Shown here: positions 15,396-23,903 of the stretch, piece by piece | Layout: each line of letters opens with the position of its first letter | How positions within the stretch are numbered: position 1 is the first letter of the stretch | Virus record (IMG/VR): IMGVR_UViG_3300048852_000012 | Coordinates: 1 to 24,559 of that record | Length of the DNA stretch: 24,559 nt | Direction: 5' to 3' (one strand) | Source of the DNA: a virus | Lineage: Duplodnaviria; Caudoviricetes | The notes under the pieces: generated by a model | What the model was told of the DNA's origin: nothing | The model's database searches: none | Seen by the model: the letters and a program-made list of their open reading frames with translations, nothing else | Program-made: the position numbers and the translations under genes

Positions 15396-15716
15396 ATGGA
15401 CGTCAAAGGCGTCATGGGCAGCATCACCTTCGACGGCGAATGGATCACCATCACGAAGAAGGAAGTCGGCCAGCAGCAACGCCAGTTCCGCATCCGGGCC
15501 GCCGACATCACCGGCACCCGACTCAAGCCGGCCACCAGGCTGTTCCACGGCTACCTACAGTTCGTGCTCCCCGGCAGCGCACCCGCCACCGAAGACAAAG
15601 GCCTCATGGCCGGAGGGCGACCGCCCCAATCCGACCCGCACAGCCTTTCCATCCGCCACGGCGCCAACGAGGCCGCGGCGAAGCTTGTCGCAGCCGTCGA
15701 ACAGGCCCGCGGCTAG
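15396..15716 (+). CDS. DUF4429-like (bacterial PH-like) protein, opposite strand
   Basis: SD AGGGGG and ATG 15396: MDVKGVMGSITFDGEWITITKK...IRAADITGTRLKPATRLFHGYLQFVLPG...DPHSL. It exactly fills the gap between two connector genes. Confidence 0.8.
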   Translation: MDVKGVMGSITFDGEWITITKKEVGQQQRQFRIRAADITGTRLKPATRLFHGYLQFVLPGSAPATEDKGLMAGGRPPQSDPHSLSIRHGANEAAAKLVAAVEQARG

Positions 15717-16075
15717 CCAGTCACCCGGTCCGCAGCAAACTGCACCGGACCACGAGTCCCCGTGAACGGGGACTTCCCCCAGTCGCCTGGGAAACCGGTG
15801 ACCTCGCACGTCTCGTCACGAATCCGAACCCGGTCCGTGGTGCGGACCGAACTCCCCGGCGGGGCGTACACCGTGTACCCGACAATCACCGTGTCCCGGG
15901 CCTGCTGGTCGTCCCCGCCAACCGTCGGATTCTCCGCACGAGGAGCCACCACACACCCCAGAAGGTCAAACGACTCATCCGGGCCCGGCAGCGGCTGACC
16001 GCGAGGATCACGGCCGGGAGACACCCCGGTACGCAGAATCCGCACCGTCTCCCCATACGGGTACGGGGCAGGCAT
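15713..16075 (-). CDS. Head-to-tail stopper / head closure protein
   Basis: TGATG-coupled start (MPAPYPYGETVRILR..RDPRG). YTVYAPPG..VRTTDRVRIR...EVTGFPGDW.SPFTG motif. Confidence 0.8.
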   Translation of the reverse strand: MPAPYPYGETVRILRTGVSPGRDPRGQPLPGPDESFDLLGCVVAPRAENPTVGGDDQQARDTVIVGYTVYAPPGSSVRTTDRVRIRDETCEVTGFPGDWGKSPFTGTRGPVQFAADRVTG

Positions 16076-16485
16076 CACGACCACCCCGGCTCGAAGGCGT
16101 CATCGCCGAAGAAGGTGTCATCGATCGGCCACGTCGGCGACGGATCCGCAGTCGAAGGAGTCGGATCCACAGTGAACGCACCGCCGCGGCCCGCCAACGA
16201 CTTCAATGCCGCCTTGTCCGCCTTCGTCAGATACAGGCCCCCGCTTCCGCTGGGCCGCTGCACCGACATCGGGCCGATCGTCTCGTAAGACACCTGCTGC
16301 GGATTTACATACGCCCGCCCGGCGACCGACAGAACCACCGCCGAAGCGTCATCCGGAAGGGGCCTGACCACCGACTGCGCCAAGGCCACGGCCTGCTGAA
16401 TCAGCAGATCAGCCCGGTCGCCGTCGATCTCCGGCAACCCCAGGTACATGCCCAGCTGCTCAGCGGTCGGGGACACGAACGCCAC
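16075..16485 (-). CDS. Head-to-tail adaptor
   Basis: GTG start with SD AGGAGG. RADLLI..A...VAGRAYVNP..VSYETIGP.S...GGLYLT motif of actinophage adaptors. Confidence 0.8.
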   Translation of the reverse strand: MAFVSPTAEQLGMYLGLPEIDGDRADLLIQQAVALAQSVVRPLPDDASAVVLSVAGRAYVNPQQVSYETIGPMSVQRPSGSGGLYLTKADKAALKSLAGRGGAFTVDPTPSTADPSPTWPIDDTFFGDDAFEPGWS

Positions 16486-16494
16486 AGTGACCTC

Positions 16495-17526
16495 CTAGCG
16501 GGCCAGGCCCTCGATCGCGGTGCACCACTCCGCCAACTCGGCGGACGGGTTCAGCTCGGCGGATCGGGCCTTCGCCCGCTTGCTGGCAAGCCGGTACTCC
16601 GGAGCCGTCAACAGCTTCCGGAGGACCGCCTCGTAGCCGTCGAGATCCTCGCGGTCCACGAAGACCCCGGCCTCGCCGAGAGACTCCGTGAGCCCCGGGG
16701 TGGGGTGAGCCACCACCGGGATTCCGCTCGCCAACGCCTCGCAGCCGGCCCGCCCCCACGACTCGTAGGAGGACGGCATGAGCAGCACCTTCGTGCGGGC
16801 GTACACCCGCTCCCGCATGTCGTCACCGCGGACGTGGTCGACGATCTCCACGTTCGGCAGGTCCGGGAGGATCTGTTCCCCGTAGGCGCCCTTCACGGCC
16901 AGGAACTGCTGGTCCGGCATCCGGCGGGCCAGTGCAGCGAGCACCTTGCCGCCCTTCTCCGGGTTGCAGTTGACCAGGGTGATCGCCTTGCCGGGCTTCG
17001 TCGCGTAGTCCTCGGTGAACACCGGGGGACGCACGATCAGCTCGGCAGCTGGGCGAACCGACTTCGGGAACTCGGCGAAGAAGACTTCCGCCTCCGCCTG
17101 CATCCACTGGCTGTTGTAGACCGCCAGAGCCGTCCCACCAGCAGCAGCGTCCCGAAAAGTCGGGCGGTGCGTGTTGTGACACACCACCACCAGCGGCACC
17201 CCGTACCCGCGGGCCAACGACGCCGTCGACGGAACCGTCTCCAGGTGCGACACGAGGACATCGGCCCGGCGGACCGCCGTCGGGAAGTCCAGCCGGGACT
17301 CCAGCGGCACCACCCGGATGCCGCGGTACTCGTACTCCTTGTGGGCCTTCCCGTACCGGGACAGCCACACGGAAACGTCGTGGCCACGCTCCACCAACGG
17401 GCGAAGCATCGAGACGAGCATGTGCTCCGCCCCCGCATTGTGCTCCGGAGGAAAAGCGTGAACGCGGGCCACGATCTTCAGCGACTTGGCGGTCCCGCCC
17501 GGCGCGGAGACCGGGACCGCAGCCAT
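16495..17526 (-). CDS. Glycosyltransferase, GT-B fold (GT4-like)
   Basis: HAFPPEHNAGAE N-terminal loop, NPEKGG, and LMPSSYESWGRAGCEALASGIPVV containing the E-x7-E motif. Start overlaps the capsid stop (TGATG). Confidence 0.9.
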   Translation of the reverse strand: MAAVPVSAPGGTAKSLKIVARVHAFPPEHNAGAEHMLVSMLRPLVERGHDVSVWLSRYGKAHKEYEYRGIRVVPLESRLDFPTAVRRADVLVSHLETVPSTASLARGYGVPLVVVCHNTHRPTFRDAAAGGTALAVYNSQWMQAEAEVFFAEFPKSVRPAAELIVRPPVFTEDYATKPGKAITLVNCNPEKGGKVLAALARRMPDQQFLAVKGAYGEQILPDLPNVEIVDHVRGDDMRERVYARTKVLLMPSSYESWGRAGCEALASGIPVVAHPTPGLTESLGEAGVFVDREDLDGYEAVLRKLLTAPEYRLASKRAKARSAELNPSAELAEWCTAIEGLAR

Positions 17527-18482
17527 CAGGAACCGCTCGGAGTGCCGGTGTACTTCACGAACGCGTCAGGGTCACCCTGCACGTACCCGTAGTACGCCTC
17601 CGCGAGCAGCAGCACCAGGTTCTCCTGGAACGCCGAGTGGACGCCGCCCTCCTCGTCGACGTAGGTCGCCTCCTTGGAGATCCGCACGGTGATGTCCATG
17701 CCCACCCCGTAGGCCGCCTGGGACCAGTCCCCGCCGATCGCACGCAGGCCCGTGTCCGAAGACGCGGACTGTCGGCGCTGCTTCCCGGACACCGACCGCG
17801 AGTACGCGAGCGGCTCGCCGATCAGGGTGCCCGCCGACGCCATCTGCGTCCCCGGCACGGTCGTGTCGACCAGGATCGGCCGGCCCGTGGTGTCCGTTGC
17901 CAGCAGGAGGCTGGGCTTCAGCCGGTGGTCGGCGACGGTACCGGTGTAGTCCCAGTCGTCGTCGATGACCTCGGCCATGCCGTTGACGAAGTCCGCCCAG
18001 ATGCCACCTTCGGCCTGGTCGTTCGTGCCCAGCGCCACGGCGTTGGACGTCATGGCCAGGTAGTCGGTGAAGGGACCAGTTGCGCCCTTCATCGTCTTGC
18101 CGTGGATCGCCGCGTGATCGAAGGCGCGGGCGAACGCCGTCGGGAGATCCGTCTGGAGCTGCGTCCACAGCCCACCCGAGTTGGTCATGACGACCTCTTC
18201 GGCGACCGGGATCAACACCGCCAACTTCTTGGCGGTCATCTGCTTCACGCCGACGGACGAGGTCGACAGGGGCTTCCGCGCCGCCTGCCCCACCCAGTCG
18301 GCGGTCGGAACGTCCATCGGGATCGGCACCGACGTCGTCGCGTCCAGAGCCAGCGGCGCCTGACGCGCCAGCGCCATCACCGCCGACTGCTCGACGGACT
18401 TCTCGAAGATGGGCCCGGCCAGCGTCCGCGGCAGAAGCGCATCGTTGACATCAGAAATCTTCAGTGGGGCGGTGACCGCCAT
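17526..18482 (-). CDS. Major capsid protein (HK97 fold)
   Basis: LLPRTLAGPIFE, ADWVGQ, AKKLAVLIPVAEE, AFDHAAIHG, GDWSQ..YG, FQENLVLLLAEAYYG motifs. Follows the scaffold gene. Confidence 0.93.
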   Translation of the reverse strand: MAVTAPLKISDVNDALLPRTLAGPIFEKSVEQSAVMALARQAPLALDATTSVPIPMDVPTADWVGQAARKPLSTSSVGVKQMTAKKLAVLIPVAEEVVMTNSGGLWTQLQTDLPTAFARAFDHAAIHGKTMKGATGPFTDYLAMTSNAVALGTNDQAEGGIWADFVNGMAEVIDDDWDYTGTVADHRLKPSLLLATDTTGRPILVDTTVPGTQMASAGTLIGEPLAYSRSVSGKQRRQSASSDTGLRAIGGDWSQAAYGVGMDITVRISKEATYVDEEGGVHSAFQENLVLLLAEAYYGYVQGDPDAFVKYTGTPSGS

Positions 18483-18502
18483 GGTGTCCTCTTTCTCTGC
18501 AG

Positions 18503-19132
18503 CTACTTGAGCTGCGGCTTCAGCCAGCCGGCGAACTCATCGCCGGGTGCGGGGGGCCTGCTCTTGTTGGCACCGGACGCCTGTGTGCGATCCGGCGCGG
18601 GACGCCGCGGGCCCTCCTGGGGCTGGGCCTTCGCCCAGTGCGGCTTGCGCTCCAGGAGCGCGTCGAGGTCCGCCTTAATGGCCGCCTCGTCGATGTCGCC
18701 GTCAGAGTCGATGTACGAGTTCAGATCCAGCGCGCCGACCGCGTCCTCCGGGTCCGCGAACCCCGTCATCGCCAGGGCCTGCACCTGGGAGCGCACCAGT
18801 CGCTGACGCGTCTTGGCGATCTGCTCCTGGGCATCGGTCAGCTGGTCGTTGAGTCGGTCCGTGTCGGACTTCTCGGCGTCCTTCCGCTTCTGCAGCTCGG
18901 CGAGCAGAGGCTCCTGCTCCTTGAGCCGCTTGCGGAGGTTCGCGGCCTCGCTGTTCTTCTTCCGCAGCTCTGCCTCGAACTTCTTCCGGTCAAACGGCTT
19001 GTCCTCGGTCTCCGCCTCCTGGGCGTCGTCCGTCGACTCAGTGCCGTTCTCCTCGGTCGCCGTCTCCTCGACGGTCTCCTCGGTGCCGGTCTCGGCCTGC
19101 TGCTGCTCGGTACTCTCGGTCTCTTCAGGCAT
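18503..19132 (-). CDS. Capsid scaffolding protein
   Basis: Very acidic N-terminus, coiled coil (EAANLRKRLKE), FADPEDA...LLERKPHW...PAPDRTQ. Directly precedes the capsid gene. Confidence 0.85.
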   Translation of the reverse strand: MPEETESTEQQQAETGTEETVEETATEENGTESTDDAQEAETEDKPFDRKKFEAELRKKNSEAANLRKRLKEQEPLLAELQKRKDAEKSDTDRLNDQLTDAQEQIAKTRQRLVRSQVQALAMTGFADPEDAVGALDLNSYIDSDGDIDEAAIKADLDALLERKPHWAKAQPQEGPRRPAPDRTQASGANKSRPPAPGDEFAGWLKPQLK

Positions 19133-19211
19133 GACGAATCGGCCCTCCAGGGGCTGTCGAAATGGGAAAGGCCGCCACCAGGGCGACCCTGTGAATCAGT
19201 GAGCAGCGGCC

Positions 19212-19967
19212 TCAGCCGTGCTCGGCAATCGCACGCCGAAACCGGCGCAACTGATCACCCGGAAACGGGGCGGCGTACTCGCGGTACAACCGGTCCCACT
19301 CCTGCGCATGGGCGGACAGCTCAAAACGCTGCCCGCGAAACACCGGGATCACACCGCAGTTGCAGCCGTCGTGAGCCCGGAAATCAGCGGTGTCCTGCTT
19401 GTAGACCATGCCGCGGGCCGCCAAGAGCCGGCAGAACGCGCAAGCACCCAACGCAGCGGCGCGGGCGTAGCCGACAGCCATCCGGTCCCGCTGGACCGCG
19501 GCCTGCACAGTGCCCCTCCCCTGGTCCGTGACCAGCTTCTGGGCAACCCCCTCAGCCTTCTTCTCCGCCGCGTCCAACCGGACCTCCAGCGGGGCCCGCT
19601 GAGCAGCGGTCGTCTTCGGGTCCTCCGGGTCGCGGGGCCACAGATCTTTCGTGGCCCACCGCAGGCTGTTGTCAACCTGCTCATCCGGCGGCGGATCCAG
19701 CAGCGGCACCGTGAACCGGCCCGTCACCCGGGCGGCAACCCGCTCCGCCTCGTAGAAGTCCGCAGCCGCCGCAGCCGAGGCGTTCCCGTACTCGCCAACC
19801 ACGGCGCGCACAGCCTCAATCCAGTCCGGGACCGTCTCCTGCAACCGCGACGGAATGATCAACCGTCGAAGCTTGCGCACATCCCGCACCAACAGCCGCG
19901 ACAACCCGCGCTGCACCTGCCGCTGCCGACGGGCCCCCGCGCTGTCATCCGAGACCAACGTCGCCAT
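19212..19967 (-). CDS. MuF/VG15-like head morphogenesis protein (often annotated capsid maturation protease in actinophages)
   Basis: Start re-called at ATG 19967 (MATLVSDD). ACAFCRLLAARG..Y and AHDGCNC..IP Cys/His motifs. Lies between portal and scaffold. Confidence 0.8.
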   Translation of the reverse strand: MATLVSDDSAGARRQRQVQRGLSRLLVRDVRKLRRLIIPSRLQETVPDWIEAVRAVVGEYGNASAAAAADFYEAERVAARVTGRFTVPLLDPPPDEQVDNSLRWATKDLWPRDPEDPKTTAAQRAPLEVRLDAAEKKAEGVAQKLVTDQGRGTVQAAVQRDRMAVGYARAAALGACAFCRLLAARGMVYKQDTADFRAHDGCNCGVIPVFRGQRFELSAHAQEWDRLYREYAAPFPGDQLRRFRRAIAEHG

Positions 19968-21387
19968 CGACGACCTCCGGAGACCGCGCCGCATCATCCG
20001 GCGCACCCAGAGCGGCCAGACGGTCCAGAACCACCGTGCCACGGGCCCGCAGGCGGTCCGCACGAACCCGCTGACGCTGGTCCTCGGTGAAGCCCGCCAT
20101 CTGCAAGGTCACGTCAGAGTCGGCAGGAAGGATCCCGGCCTGCACCAGCTTCACCGTGGCATCCACCTGGGCCGCAACAGTGGGTGTCGCTGGGTTCCGC
20201 CACACCGTCTCGATCCGCCGGGTCTTGTCCGGCGGCTCACCGTCCCGCACCCACAGCCCAAGGCGCATCGCCTGCTGCCAACCCGCGCCAAAGCGGCGAA
20301 TGCGACGCTCCGCCTTCTTGACCTGCCGATTGTCGGCAAATCGAATCGCATCGGCAGAGGCCGGGTTGTCACTGCTGTAACCGAGAACGTGCGGAGCCAC
20401 AGACATCTGCGACGCCATAATCCTGGCGTACAAATCAATGATCTTCGTCTGCCCAGACGGGTCGTGCGCGGGAAACGTACCCACCTCGGGAACGTTGCCG
20501 TCCTCATCCCGCTCCAGCGCAAGCACCCGACCGATGTACGTCTCCCACGCAGACTTGGCATTGCCCTCGGCATCCTGGAACGCCGACTCTGAGGCACCCA
20601 AGATGTAGCGCGCCGGAGCGCCAAAGAACTCGCTCGCCACCTCCATGCCCATCAACCGGCGGCACGCCGCATCCGTGATCGACATAACCTCGGGAGTGAT
20701 CTCCGACTTCCCCACGCGATCCGCAGTGCGCTGGCGGTTCGCCAGACGCACGACCGGCACCACGCCCAGCCTGTGGACGTCCCGGTCGACGACCTCCCAC
20801 CCGCCAGACTCCGACGGCAGACACATCACCGTCTGATTCGGCAGATACAAGACCAGCATCCGCTCCTCAGGGCCCGACTCGATGAAGGTGTCGGCCGCAC
20901 ACTCCCGCAAAGCCGCCGTGCCCATCCGGAGACGGGCGTCCCACATCAGCGTCATGTCCAACGGAGACTCGGCAGTGATCAGCGGCGGGGAGTCATCTGT
21001 GCCTGAGCCCACCGCCAGGTACTCCCGGCCGTACACCAGCGCATCCAGATGAGCGAGCGACGACTCATCGAACAAGTCGTTCGCCTCAGCGATCTCCGAC
21101 AGCTCCGACGAATCCCCGCCGTCCGCCCACCGAAACGCCTCCAGATCCAGGCGCTCCTCCAGCGACTCAACACCCACCCGCGGCCAACCAATGACCGTAT
21201 GAAGGCCCTTGAGCTGCGGCGGGATGCTGATGCCGAGGTCGCGAACCAGCTGCTCACCGTTGAAATAGGCGTCCCGCAGCTTCAGCTCCCACCGGTCGCG
21301 CATCATGTCCGCGCGCAGCAACTGGATCAGCGCCATCTCGTCGTCCGACAGATGCAGCAGCGGCAGCTCGGGAATCGAAACGGTCAT
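19945..21387 (-). CDS. Portal protein (SPP1 gp6-like)
   Basis: 480 aa after TerL (ATGA overlap). YFNGEQ..RDLGISIPP, GWPRVGV, GVVPVV..NR, GKSEI, NPASADAI, ETVWRNP. Confidence 0.92.
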   Translation of the reverse strand: MTVSIPELPLLHLSDDEMALIQLLRADMMRDRWELKLRDAYFNGEQLVRDLGISIPPQLKGLHTVIGWPRVGVESLEERLDLEAFRWADGGDSSELSEIAEANDLFDESSLAHLDALVYGREYLAVGSGTDDSPPLITAESPLDMTLMWDARLRMGTAALRECAADTFIESGPEERMLVLYLPNQTVMCLPSESGGWEVVDRDVHRLGVVPVVRLANRQRTADRVGKSEITPEVMSITDAACRRLMGMEVASEFFGAPARYILGASESAFQDAEGNAKSAWETYIGRVLALERDEDGNVPEVGTFPAHDPSGQTKIIDLYARIMASQMSVAPHVLGYSSDNPASADAIRFADNRQVKKAERRIRRFGAGWQQAMRLGLWVRDGEPPDKTRRIETVWRNPATPTVAAQVDATVKLVQAGILPADSDVTLQMAGFTEDQRQRVRADRLRARGTVVLDRLAALGAPDDAARSPEVVDGDVGLG

Positions 21388-23162
21388 CGCAGCACCACCA
21401 CCCGTCCCTTACCGCGCGACTTCGGCCGCTTCCCGTACTGCTTGCTGTTGAGGAGCTTCCTGCGCAACATCCGGGCGCCGATCATGCAGACGGCGAGGTC
21501 GATCTTTCGGGCGCTCTCGCGGTGTTCCTTGCCGATCGTGACCCCCCACGCGTTCGTGCGGCGCCGCGCATTCGCAACGTGCGTGCGCATCATCTTGTGA
21601 CCGTCATGCGTAAGGCGCCTCTCAAGGATGTCCTCGCCCGTGCGCTTCACGGCATCGGTGAATTCCTCCTGATGGCGCGGAGCGCCCATGTCCCAACGAA
21701 CCGCGTGCTGCTTCGGGCCTGCGGTCACCGCATGCAAGATCAGTTTCGTACCGTGGTCCTGGCCCCACTTGTCGAGGTACGAGTACCAGTACCGTTCACC
21801 ATCCTCGTCCTGCCCCGACCCCGGGTCGCAGAAGAACGCCACCACCTTGTAGGCGTTGAAAGCCCGCTCCACCACGCCATCGACCTCGTCGCGCGGCACC
21901 GACCAAGGAACGTCCAGGTTCCAGTTCGCCGGCCGCTGCCAAACGCCGAGGGTGAACACATGCCCGTCCGACATTCGGCACCCAGCCAAGGCTGTCGCAT
22001 CGTCGGACTTGGAGCCGTCGAAGAACATGACGATCTCTTCGCCGTCCGCAACGTCGAGCGCATCCGCCTTACAGGCATCCCACTCGTAAGGCGCCATCCA
22101 GGCATCCTCGGCAGCGACGATCATGTTGTACCAGAACCGTCGAGACCGGCTCGGCGGATTCCGGACGTCCGCGATGGACTTAACGATGCGATCGACGTTC
22201 AGCCATGTGGCGTCACCCCGGATTGACCGGATCACCGCTGGAGCGGCTTCCACCGTGAGCGGAGCCTTCGGAGGCGCTTCAATCGAGTCGTACAGCAGTC
22301 CGGAGTCAACAACCCGGCCGCTGTCCACTGCTTCCCACGCCTCGCGGTCCTGCTCGGCCACCGAGTCCTGGCCGGGCTCGTAGGCGTTCGTGATGCGCAA
22401 CGTTCGAGCAGCACCATCAGCCGACTTGGTGGCGTTGCGCTCGATCACGGCCGCCATGTCGTGGCCCGAGTTGGACGAGTCCCAGTGATGCGTCTCATTG
22501 AGCAGCACGAACGTCGCTCGCGCACCTTCCAACGTGGACGGTGACGAGGTGACCGCCTGGATCAGGCGCGAGTCGCCGAGAGCATTGACCGTCTCCTTGC
22601 CAACCTGGATGCGGTAGTGCTCCTTCGCCTCCGCAGTGAACAAGGAAGGGAACAGCCGCATCGTGTTCTTCGTCTGCTCAAGGCTCACCGCCGCCGTCTG
22701 AACCCAGGCTTCCGGACTGTCCGTCGCAATCGGCGTACCGTCCGATGCCCAGCCGGCGAACCGTGACGGTCCGAGCGCCTCTCCCGCACACAAGCAGGCG
22801 CCAACCGGGTCCTTCCCCCACCCTTTAAGGCGCTGCAGAACGCCGTCTCGGCATACAAACGCCCCTGATTCGTCGAGGGCGAACCACCACAGGATGAAAC
22901 GCGCCTGCTCGTCGGTAAACCGCCACGGGACGCCACGAGAGTGCTGCAACCAGACACCACACCAGCCGAGGAACTCCCAGCCCAGTGTTGCCTCCGGCAA
23001 CAACCAGGTACCGTCCGGATTTCGCTGCCAGGTCGGGCCGAGCAGTTTCGGCTCCCACTCCAGCTCCGGACGCGGAGCTACCTCGGTGAGGCGCCCCCGG
23101 TACCAGTCAATGACCTCATCGTGTCCGTCGTCCTGGCGCTCGACCGACCGCCTACGCGCCAC
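21384..23162 (-). CDS. terL: Terminase large subunit
   Basis: Walker A-like QRLKGWGKD, Walker B-like FVLLNETHHW, RNase H-like nuclease FFDGSKSDDATAL and KIDLAV. Confidence 0.95.
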   Translation of the reverse strand: MARRRSVERQDDGHDEVIDWYRGRLTEVAPRPELEWEPKLLGPTWQRNPDGTWLLPEATLGWEFLGWCGVWLQHSRGVPWRFTDEQARFILWWFALDESGAFVCRDGVLQRLKGWGKDPVGACLCAGEALGPSRFAGWASDGTPIATDSPEAWVQTAAVSLEQTKNTMRLFPSLFTAEAKEHYRIQVGKETVNALGDSRLIQAVTSSPSTLEGARATFVLLNETHHWDSSNSGHDMAAVIERNATKSADGAARTLRITNAYEPGQDSVAEQDREAWEAVDSGRVVDSGLLYDSIEAPPKAPLTVEAAPAVIRSIRGDATWLNVDRIVKSIADVRNPPSRSRRFWYNMIVAAEDAWMAPYEWDACKADALDVADGEEIVMFFDGSKSDDATALAGCRMSDGHVFTLGVWQRPANWNLDVPWSVPRDEVDGVVERAFNAYKVVAFFCDPGSGQDEDGERYWYSYLDKWGQDHGTKLILHAVTAGPKQHAVRWDMGAPRHQEEFTDAVKRTGEDILERRLTHDGHKMMRTHVANARRRTNAWGVTIGKEHRESARKIDLAVCMIGARMLRRKLLNSKQYGKRPKSRGKGRVVVLR

Positions 23163-23508
23163 GGCCCCAACGGGCCATCGCAGCCTGCCGCGCCGACGCC
23201 GACGCGTTGCCCTTTGCCGGCGCTTCCTCGTCCGGCAGCTTCAACCAGCCGAGCAAGCGGGCAAGGACGCCGCGGTGCTGTCGAAGTTCCTGCACCAGTG
23301 GAGAGGCGACCGGCTGCCCCATGCTGCCCGTGACCATCAGTTCGGCGTTCACAAGCTCAGCTTCCAACCGCTCGATCAGATCGATCTCGCGACAAGCATC
23401 CTCCAGCACACGGAGCTCGTCGATGCGGAGTTCGTAGTTCCCTGCGATCTCTGACCAGACCACCAGGGCCTTGGCGCCGAGACCCTCAGGGGGTTCGTTC
23501 TGGGACAT
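23152..23508 (-). CDS. terS: Terminase small subunit (P27-like)
   Basis: PPEGLG....W..I...YEL...E...LEDACR...GSMGQPVASPLVQELRQHR. Overlaps the TerL start. SD AGGAGG. Confidence 0.88.
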   Translation of the reverse strand: MSQNEPPEGLGAKALVVWSEIAGNYELRIDELRVLEDACREIDLIERLEAELVNAELMVTGSMGQPVASPLVQELRQHRGVLARLLGWLKLPDEEAPAKGNASASARQAAMARWGRGA

Positions 23509-23549
23509 GGCGACCCTCCTGGGGCCTCGGTAAGACCCACCAGGGGCCC

Positions 23550-23800
23550 GAAAAAAATACAGCTCAGGTGCACGCTCATGGTCGAGGGCTAGACGGCCCC
23601 GATCCCTGAAGATCGCCTAGGGGGGTCCAGCCCCGGGTCTCCTGGGTCTCTGGTTCGATCTTGAGGTTCGCTTCGGTGCGGTCGGTGCCGGCGCCGCGCA
23701 TCGCCTTGATCGTCGAACTGCTGATCTTCGTTAGTGATCTTCGAGCTTGATCTCTACTCAGCAAACCTTGATCACTCAACCATGATCGTGATGCATGACC
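23550..23800. other. Candidate packaging origin (cos/pac) region
   Basis: Probably non-coding gap between HNH and terS, the usual cos location in HNH-terS-terL phages. Contains an A7 tract, G/C runs and clustered GATC repeats. The exact cut site cannot be determined here. Confidence 0.45.
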
Positions 23801-23903
23801 GTCGCGACCTCGCCATGCGTCCACGTGCTCGCCCTGCCATGCCGGCGCGCCGCCCTCTCCGGGTGGAGGGAGGCGGTGCGCAGGCCGGCTGACCGCCCTC
23901 ACG

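Noticed and set aside
2616-20063. Longest-ORF starts in the track (3269, 4255, 13659, 13967, 14734, 15113, 15535, 20063, and 15129 on the plus strand)
   Set aside because: They overlap neighbouring genes or hairpins. Downstream starts with SD sequences or stop-start coupling fit better and were used instead.
22480-22515. TerL Walker B reads LLNE instead of hhhhDE, suggesting possible inactivation
   Set aside because: To my knowledge NE(T/P)HHW-type variants occur in actinophage terminases, and all other motifs and the frame are intact.
21384-23162. Impression of slightly lower GC in terL, suggesting a module swap
   Set aside because: Not quantified by eye; it would need a GC3 or codon-usage calculation and a phylogenetic comparison.
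23576-23902. 108-aa minus-strand ORF between HNH and terS
   Set aside because: No recognisable motif or clear SD, and it overlies the repeat-rich presumed packaging region. It cannot be strictly excluded.
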